Source: Cyanophora paradoxa CCMP329
Lineage: Eukaryota > Plantae > Glaucophyta
Reading direction: 5' to 3'
Length of the DNA stretch: 42,215 nucleotides
Assembly (NCBI GenBank): GCA_004431415.1
Contig: QPMI01000446.1
Coordinates: 1-42,215 of the forward strand
Below, in pieces: positions 34,929 to 42,215 of the stretch. The position numbers were made by a program, and so were the translations under genes. The notes beneath the pieces were generated by a model. It ran no database searches. It had not been told where the DNA came from and saw nothing but the letters and a program-made list of their open reading frames with translations. How positions within the stretch are numbered: the stretch's first letter is position 1; every line of letters begins with the position of its first letter.

Positions 34929-35774
34929 ATGGGTGAATATAATCGAGTTCAACTTCCAATATATTCCCTTGGATCCCCTGCTATGCACTTTCGCCAGCAT
35001 GAAGTTAATGATGAGGTTCGTGGTTTAGAATCCACAGAGAGACCCAATTCCAATGGTAACTCCTTTGATAAGAATTCGATTATTCGAGTTAAAGAACTGA
35101 GAGCAGACAAGAATTCGGGTGTGGTTAAAACAACTCGACTCCTTGTCTCAAATGCGAACTTCTTCCAACCCACTAATGGAGGTCCTGATGCTTACAGTGT
35201 AGACCTGAAAGCCCTCGATTTTGACAAGAATTCTGCTGCTGTAACTGTGAGATCAGGTGGAGCATTTATTGGTGGTGGTTGCAGAGTTTCAGGTCAACTC
35301 TCCTCATCAATTGCATACAATGATGTCCCAGATACTCTTGAACAGAATGTTGAAGACCCACAACGAATTCGATTATATATACCAGTTGCACAACAGCCAA
35401 TTATTCAATTTTACCAAGGTTATACTGTCACACTTGAAAACTCTGAATTGATTGAAGGAACCAAAAGAGTAATGAGAGGGCTGGTCATTCCTTCTGCAAT
35501 GCTTTCTTTATGTAGAGCCAACAATAACCAGCCAGGTCACAGATACAATTTCAGTGTTCAAGGATATGATCATTTCGGCACAGGGTTCTGTGTTTATAAT
35601 AACAATTTCACCTATGATCTGTTTGTTACAGATATTGGAAAATATACAATTACAGTTATGGGTATCAGAACAGATATAGCTGCTGTCTCAGCTCTAAGAG
35701 GTGTTACTCCTGATACTCTTTCTCAAACAGGGTTTTACCAGGAACCAGATGTGATTGATAACCCAACCCCATAA
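34929..35774 (+). CDS. Fibre/spike paralogue 3 (right copy)
   Basis: Same translation as 22724-23569. Confidence 0.65.
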   Translation: MGEYNRVQLPIYSLGSPAMHFRQHEVNDEVRGLESTERPNSNGNSFDKNSIIRVKELRADKNSGVVKTTRLLVSNANFFQPTNGGPDAYSVDLKALDFDKNSAAVTVRSGGAFIGGGCRVSGQLSSSIAYNDVPDTLEQNVEDPQRIRLYIPVAQQPIIQFYQGYTVTLENSELIEGTKRVMRGLVIPSAMLSLCRANNNQPGHRYNFSVQGYDHFGTGFCVYNNNFTYDLFVTDIGKYTITVMGIRTDIAAVSALRGVTPDTLSQTGFYQEPDVIDNPTP

Positions 35775-35797
35775 ATTATATATTACTTTAATGTAAA

Positions 35798-36624
35798 ATG
35801 GCTGCCCCAGTAGAGCGAATTATTACACCCCAACTCTCATTAGCAGCACCTGCAAATCACGTTTTGCAGCATGCTACTTTTGATGATGTAGAAGGTCTCC
35901 AATCCACAGAAGTACAACCTACAATGAATACCTTTGGTTCCACCCATAAACTGAGATTGCAGGAACTCAGATGTGATAAAAATAATGGTATAGTTAAGAC
36001 AACGAAACTCCTTGTGACAAATGCGAACTTTTCTGCCCATTATGGAGACCCAGACAGTTATGGTGATCCTCTTCTACTTATTCTTTTGAATCTCGGTCGG
36101 GAGCTATTAACTGCAAAACGGGGGGAGCATATATTGGTGATGGTCTTCGGATTGGTGGAGCTGTTGGTGCGCCTCTTTTCGTAAATGATCAACCCAATCC
36201 CATTGATCCCAACACCAGAATTCGCACCTATGTCCCAAGTATGAATGCACCATATATTATCAAGATCTTCCCAATTGTTGTGAATGAGCAGACATCAGTA
36301 GTTGATTCTCTTGTTGAGATTGGTGACCACTACAAGGTGGTCGTGGATATTCCACCAGATGTTTATGCTGTCTGTCAAGTAGAGGGTGGAACCCCAAATA
36401 TTGCAGTTGTAATCACTCCATATGACAATTTCGGGATTGCTTATCATGGAGTGAATTTCGGTCTTGAAGATTACCAGTTTTTGGTGAGAGCCACCAGATT
36501 TGGTATCTACAAATGCATTCTCTATGCTGAGAGAACCGATGCTATTGCAAGACAGAATACATATGCAGAATATTACGGCACAAATCGATACTTCCCCATT
36601 TTCGGGCAGGATACTGCTCCATAG
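35798..36624 (+). CDS. Fibre/spike paralogue 4 (right copy, 1-bp deletion near 36072)
   Basis: Mirror of 21873-22700; CCTCTTCTA here versus CCTCTTTCTA in the left arm. Confidence 0.6.
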
Positions 36625-36649
36625 AAATCTCAGGTATATATAGAGAGGA

Positions 36650-36922
36650 ATGGATGATAAAACAAAGAAATTCATAGAATCTGCAATGATGGTTCATGGT
36701 GATGCTAAATTCGATTATAGTGAGACAGTGTATAAGAAAGCACAAGAGAAGGTCTCTGTTAGATGCCTTAAATGCAACAAGATCCTCCAAACCTACCCAT
36801 TTAATCATGTAAGGGGAAGTGGATGCAGAGAGTGCAACAAGAAATCCTCTCATGCTTACAGAAAAAAGACTACATCAGGAATTGTGATAGATGATAAACC
36901 AGTGGTACTGTACTTTGATTAG
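36650..36922 (+). CDS. Stand-alone Zn-ribbon (DUF723-like) protein (right copy)
   Basis: Same translation as 21575-21847. Confidence 0.75.
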   Translation: MDDKTKKFIESAMMVHGDAKFDYSETVYKKAQEKVSVRCLKCNKILQTYPFNHVRGSGCRECNKKSSHAYRKKTTSGIVIDDKPVVLYFD

Positions 36923-37068
36923 ATCTTTGAGAGAGAAATGAGGATCTTTCCCCATTTTCCCTTTGTGATTATGCATGTGTCAAAGCAGTTTGGACAGGTC
37001 TTGTGGTAGTGCAGCAGAATGATATCCACCAACTCATAAGGTAGCACTCTTGCTAAGATGGTTCGCAT
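36919..37068 (-). CDS. 49-aa small ORF (right copy)
   Basis: Mirror of 21429-21578. Confidence 0.5.
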   Translation of the reverse strand: MRTILARVLPYELVDIILLHYHKTCPNCFDTCIITKGKWGKILISLSKI

Positions 37069-37108
37069 TCTACCAATCGCGTTTTTAATTTTTCTAAATT
37101 ATTCATAA

Positions 37109-37509
37109 ATGAATACTCATCGAGGCTTCCATGTGATGCTGGATTACAAATTCAGAACCCAATTAGCAGTAGGAGTGGAAGACTTGGAGACAACGACCAG
37201 GTGGTTAATGCAGTTCTTACAAACTATTATTCAAGAGCAAGGTATTCGAGTAGTTCACAAGCATTGCGAGATTTTCGATGGTGGTATTTCTCCTCCTGGT
37301 TTTGCAATGGTTCTTCTGCTGGATGAGAGCCACTGCACTGCTCATTGTTACTCAAATGAAGGTATGCTGGCGATTGATATATTCAGTTGTGGATTAGAAG
37401 CAGAGAGAAAACCACGAGAGTATCTCATGAGATAGATGAGAGAATAACAGGTGTGTTTTCAGGGTTGGAGAAATCGGAGAAACATAGAGTATTGCGATTT
37501 CCGAGTTAG
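37109..37509 (+). CDS. speD: S-adenosylmethionine decarboxylase (right copy, 1-bp deletion in an A run near 37410)
   Basis: Mirror of 20987-21388 with ESH and DIFSCG motifs. Confidence 0.85.
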
Positions 37510-37534
37510 TTGACACTGAGAAATTCAGAATTTC

Positions 37535-38349
37535 AGATGGTCTTACTGAAATGGTCAGATAATCGGGTGTGACACCTATTTAATTGACTGTGACGCCTGT
37601 GACAGGTGTGACACCTATTTTCAAACTTTTTAAAATTCTCACAAATTACAGACTTCTGAAAACACCTGTCACACCTGTCACACCCGTCACACCCAATTAA
37701 CAAAGACTCTATTTCTTACTGAGATATTCAAGATTTATTGTTGTCTTACTGAAAACAGTCTATGTGACAGGTGTGACACCTTCAAAATCCACCCAACAAT
37801 AGTCGATTTCATGAATACCTTTCTGTCTTACTGAAAATGGTAAGGAGACCAGGTGTGACAGGTAGTTTAATTGAGTGTGACAGGTGTGACAGGTGTGACA
37901 CCTATTTTCAAACTTTCTAAATTTTTCAAAAATGACAGACTTCTGAAAACACCTGTCACACCTGTCACACCTGTCACAGACATTCTACCCCTCTTACTGA
38001 CTTTCTCAAAAACAAATATATCTATTACTGAATATCATTTGAATACTACCTGTCACACTTGAATTCAATTATTCTGTTTTATAGAACATATGCAATCTAA
38101 TCGATTGTTCAATTGGAGACCATGCAACTCTGTGACACTTTTTCGATCTAAAATATAAATCCGCAATCTCATCGATTGTTTAATTGGACATAATGCAGTT
38201 CCGATATATTCCAATAGAAAATCCCGCAATCTAATCGATTGTTTAATGGGAGATAATGCAACTCTGTGACACTTTTTCGGTGCAAAAATGTACATCAGCA
38301 ATCTCATCGATTGTTCAATTGGACACAATGCAACTCTGTGACACTTTTT
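37535..38349. repeat. Mirror copy of the iteron-like array and ~70-bp subterminal repeats
   Basis: Reverse complement of 20144-20960. Confidence 0.85.
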
Positions 38350-38669
38350 GCGTTTTTCGATACAGAATGGGCGGTGGTCTACTTCAATACATGAGAGATA
38401 TATCGAGTTTATGCGAATTTATGCAATTTAATCGCAATTATATCGATCTTTAAGCAGTTTAATGTTAATCTATCGCAGATTTGTATGTAAACAACAAAGT
38501 ACATAATCAATCGATATAAGATCAATTGAATCTATCGAAGTTTAATCGAAAATATGCATTTTGGTAAACGCGTTTTCATTTTTAATACAAAGTTTGCATT
38601 ATTTTATACAAAGTTTGCATAAAAAGTTTAAGAAATTAATCGAAAAATATGTATTTTAGTATTAAATTA

Positions 38670-38764
38670 ACACATATTGAAAAACGAATTTAAATCCAGA
38701 GTGAATCGAGATCGCGAAGCGATCGAGATGAACGAGGGATTTAAATTCGTTTTTCAATATGTGT
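38670..38764 (+). other. Terminal hairpin, right copy (G.A strand is the + strand here)
   Basis: ACACATATTGAAAAACGAATTTAAATCC-AGAGTGAATCGA-GATCGC-GAA-GCGATC-GAGATGAACGAG-GGATTTAAATTCGTTTTTCAATATGTGT. Confidence 0.8.
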
Positions 38765-41700
38765 GCCGCGCGCGCTGGGCCGGGGTCAATCTACATCTGC
38801 CCCGTGCATGTTCGTGCCCTACTACTCTTTCATTAGATCCAGATTCCCCCCTTGCACCCCGGCGCGCCAAAACGCGGCCGGGCCACTAGTATTATATCTG
38901 CGGTTATTCTGACGGCCGCGGGGCGGGGAACGATGGGAAATCGGAAAACAGGGCGCACTTGGTGATCCAATTGTGCGGATAGCGAGGAGAAGGGCGGTGC
39001 AGCCACTTTTATATGCGACGCAGCGGGTTTCACACCATTGATAAAAATCTGAGTTAATGTTCGAATTTAAAATGGAAGGCAGACCTCGGGCGTTGATGAT
39101 GCCGGGGTGGGCGGCGAGGATTTCGCGCACCGCCTGGGGGCGCCCCGAAGCAGCAGCGATGTGCAGCACCGACCGGCCGCGGGCGTCGGTCTTGGATTCG
39201 TCGGCGCCCAGCGCTAGGAGCACTTCGCGCGGGAAATCGATCTTGCAAGAAAGATCCCTGAGAGGGATGAGACAGGCGGGCTGCGCGAGGCTCGTGAGCG
39301 CGGAGCGAAGGGGAGACCTAAGGGAGGCCGGCTCACTCTGTCGCCAAGAAGGCGTGGAGGGGGGGAGGCCCGCGCTCGCCCCAGGTCGCTCATTAACGAG
39401 GCGGGCGGCACCCAGTCCCGGAGCAACTGATTGATGACGGGTTAGAGGCCGGAGAAGCCCACTGCAGCTGGCAGCTGCAGGGGATGCATATATACACTCA
39501 CGTTCGGAACCTGGCCGACGAGCTGTCGGTCTGCAGCGCGTCTTGGCGCACTCCGCAGCTGAAGTGAACTTGGGCTGCGATATTCCCGCTCAAACTGGAT
39601 TGGAAACTGCAAGTAACACCAAGAAAAGGTATCTAGCTAGAGTGCTATAGCTAGCGCTGTACATGTGCGCACCCTCTTTTTGGGCGAAAAGATGGAGCAC
39701 CGATGCGCAGGCATGACAATCGCGGACGCGAATTGATCATGAAAAGCTGTGGCCCTGATATCACGAGCGAAATCGATACGCTCATGGGAGCCTCGGAAAC
39801 GGGCTGACCGATTTCGCTTCGCGCTTCAAGCTGAAGTGCCCCGTAGTCGGGTAGGGCGGAGACTGTGGATCGGAGCCGCGGCCATGGAGGGGCGGCAGGA
39901 ATATGAGGGGATCGATGGTGGCGAGAAGATCAGATAGAGGACGCGGTGCATGCGCACCAGGGGTCTTCCTGTGCCCGAAAGCGAGTCGGCCGGCACCGGC
40001 GCGAGCGGGTCCGCCCCGAACTCCTCACGAGCCGCTGCGCCGCCGCAAAGTACTGCCAAGCGCGGCGCTCGAGTCAAAGCGGGGACCGATGAGCGAATTC
40101 AACAAAGCATATATAGCGGGGGAGCAAATGTGCAAAGGTACCCCCGAATACATAGCGGAGAGGAAGAGCGTGGATCCGTCTTGGAGGCGAGCGTCGATGC
40201 CCGCGCAGCGCTGGACCACCGGCAGAAGCTTCATGACCTGGGCATAATAAATAATGCGCGCCGCACGATTTTGATGCGCGCGCGCATGAAATCGAAGGTG
40301 CATCAAAATATCGATGCTAGGATTTTATACAACACGTACAAACCTTCGCGTAGACTGCTCGCGCTCGCGGGGAGTTCGAGTAGGGTGGCGTCGACAGGAC
40401 AACGAGTTCTGTCATCTACAAGGACTAGAAAATAAATACACATGTACATACGGCGCGGATCCCGGGCCCGGATCTGGAAAACATGTGGGGCCCAACGTTC
40501 ACGCACCAGCTTGAGAAGTTCTTTCGAGTAACGGAGACACGCGTGCCTGCAGCGTTGCCTTCAGGCCCTTGGCGCTCCTGCGAGGCGAAGTCGAAGGTGT
40601 GCAAACGGACGTGAAGCTCTACAAGGCAAACTTGACATGAAAAGTCCGCGCACCAGTGGCGTAGCTTGCTCAAGTGGGTTCGAGCGAGCGTGAAGTGCCA
40701 GTCCGAAGGCGGCTCCTTTAACGGATGGACCTGTTCGCAGATGCGAGCTCGCTTAAACTGGACGAGTTCTTAAAGTTCAGAGAACGTTAGCCACAAGGAA
40801 AAGCTCTTTGAGAGACGGAAGGCGGGCGAGGAATTGCGACAGATTCCGCTCGTCGCAGATGGTGCGGGACGATCTAGCTCCTCAAGCCGCGGGCCTGCGC
40901 GGTTTAAGTAAAGTACGCAACTAGCTATAATATATATCTGTTCGAATTCTGAAAACGGAAAACTCGCACTCGATGTCGGCGAAAGCATGCAGAATGCTCG
41001 AAGCGTGCGCTGCAGGCCAGCTCTCCTCGGAGTGCTATCTCGGGCCTTCCGAGAGAACTCGTCTGCAACGAGGAAGGTGTCGCTGCGCGTGGCGAGGCAT
41101 CAGCAGCGGGAAATCCAGCGGCCATGCGCATGGGGCACAAGCGGCGAGTGCCGCGCCTTAGGTACAGCTTGGTGAGCTTCTCGCTGCAGGACTTGAGCAC
41201 CGAGGCGAGGCAGCTCGCCGTGATGGAGACGTCCGACGCGTTCAGGTGAATGAGGTTCTAGGGGACCGTTGCATAATATAATAGAAATTCGAAGAAGCTC
41301 GATATCAAATCGTAGCGCACTGGCATCTGAGGGAGGGTCTTCCAACGTAGGAACGCACGAGCATCGTGCGATTAATATTCGAAATCAAGTGTTCGTTCGT
41401 CTCCTCGTAGCGACAGCTCTCCATATGTCCGAGAAAGCTCGATATGCTGAGATGGGTCAGGTTCGGGCAGTACGAAACGCCTCTGACCGCGTCCGCCCCG
41501 ACAAATGAGCGAGTCCCGAGATGCAAAGGCGGCGAAATGCCGCCGTGCCGTCTGCACGAGCCGACGAAGAAAGACGGCGGATCGTCGTGGCGAAAGCGAG
41601 GGCTATCCCACAGCGAGGGATCTCCGCTCAGCGCGCGTAGTCTCCTGTTCACAAGTGCCACTGGAGCGAGGCCCCGCGCGCTTCCTTCACTAAATTCGAC

Positions 41701-41853
41701 ATGATAGCGAGGAGGACTTCATCTGCGCACGAAATGTGCCATGTATGATCGCGAGCACCGAAATGTGCCATATGCATTAAATGCGAAAGCCGTCGGCGCA
41801 TTGCAATCATGATCACCAGCGGGAGATTTTCGATTACCAGGGAAGGAGTCCAT
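38765..41853 (-). pseudogene. Mirror copy of the F-box/LRR/ankyrin gene with many 1-bp deletions (probably low-quality consensus)
   Basis: Reverse complement of 16612-19728 with more than 20 net missing bases, judged from the drift in mirror coordinate sums. Confidence 0.6.
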
Positions 41854-42215
41854 CGATATCGATGCGATGCGCTAGGCTTGAAGCGGACATGGGACCGACT
41901 GACAGGCTTCTTTCTCTGCCCTGGAGCTAGGCCGGCCTGTGGAGCTTTCCGGAGCTCGATCGAGAGGAGTGGATCGAGTTCGAATTCGAGGGGAAATTTA
42001 TAGCGAATGAAAGAAAAAGAGGGAAATTGCATGGGAGTTGATATCGATTACAAAATTCAAATCATTTGGAGGGGACTTCTTAGGACTTCTTCTTGAAAAA
42101 TTCAGAGCGAGGGGAATTAAATTAGTGGAGGCCGTGGGGGCCAGGAGGGGGGGGGGGGGGGGAGCGGAGGAGGTGGGGGGGAGGGGAGGGGAGGAGGTGG
42201 GGGGAGGAGGTGGAG

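Larger units (their letters stand above)
19729..38764. mobile_element. AT-rich endogenous virus-like element (terminal fragment of a probable linear dsDNA eukaryotic virus), present as two head-to-head arms
   Basis: Abrupt GC-to-AT shift at 19729 and 38764; intronless, tightly packed, co-oriented ORFs with mostly AT-rich leaders and no consistent Shine-Dalgarno; fibre genes, AdoMetDC and Zn-ribbon ORF; terminal hairpin and repeats. Hallmark capsid/polymerase genes are absent from the window. Confidence 0.8.
16246..42215. repeat. Giant inverted duplication: arms 16246-29075 and 29423-42215, 347-bp unique spacer 29076-29422
   Basis: Mirror ORF pairs 27685/30813, 26000/32498 and 22724/35774 (coordinate sum 58498), 21575/36922 (58497), 19816/38677 (58493), 17125/41345 (58470). 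Junction GCTCC at 29071-29075 pairs with GGAGC at 29423-29427. Confidence 0.97.

Noticed and set aside
19729-38764. Complete Polinton/virophage with long terminal inverted repeats
   Set aside because: The symmetry covers almost the whole element and continues ~3.5 kb into host DNA; the unique centre is only 347 bp; no pPolB, integrase, ATPase or capsid gene is present.

Overview
GC-rich, intron-containing eukaryotic (protist-like) DNA carrying an AT-rich, intronless, virus-like insert, with the right ~60% of the window arranged as one giant palindrome. (1) 1-15683: 3' part of a very large spliced gene: about 7 diverged ~100-aa Ig-like repeats, REJ-like region, GAIN/GPS site (CNHL|T), ONE transmembrane helix, then 12 near-identical 585/591-bp FN3-like units with a 3-unit higher-order period. 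(2) 16612-19728: spliced F-box/LRR/ankyrin gene(s) ending at the insert. (3) 19729-38764: endogenous virus-like element. From its outer end it reads: a 95-nt hairpin whose mismatches are all G.A and whose apex is GCGAAGC; ~70-bp repeats; GGTGTGACA iteron-like arrays; prokaryotic-type AdoMetDC; a 49-aa ORF; a lone Zn-ribbon ORF; and a co-oriented cassette of phage-type fibre genes (HxH-repeat fibre, four paralogues with a common N-terminal domain and different heads, two of them C1q, plus a small cyanophage-like partner). No capsid, polymerase, packaging ATPase or integrase is visible. (4) 16246-29075 is mirrored by 29423-42215 around a 347-bp spacer. The arms differ by scattered 1-bp indels (probably long-read errors) and by 13 mostly synonymous substitutions in the innermost ~400 bp, so the palindrome may be real or partly an assembly artefact. 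All family assignments are from motif recognition, not database searches.
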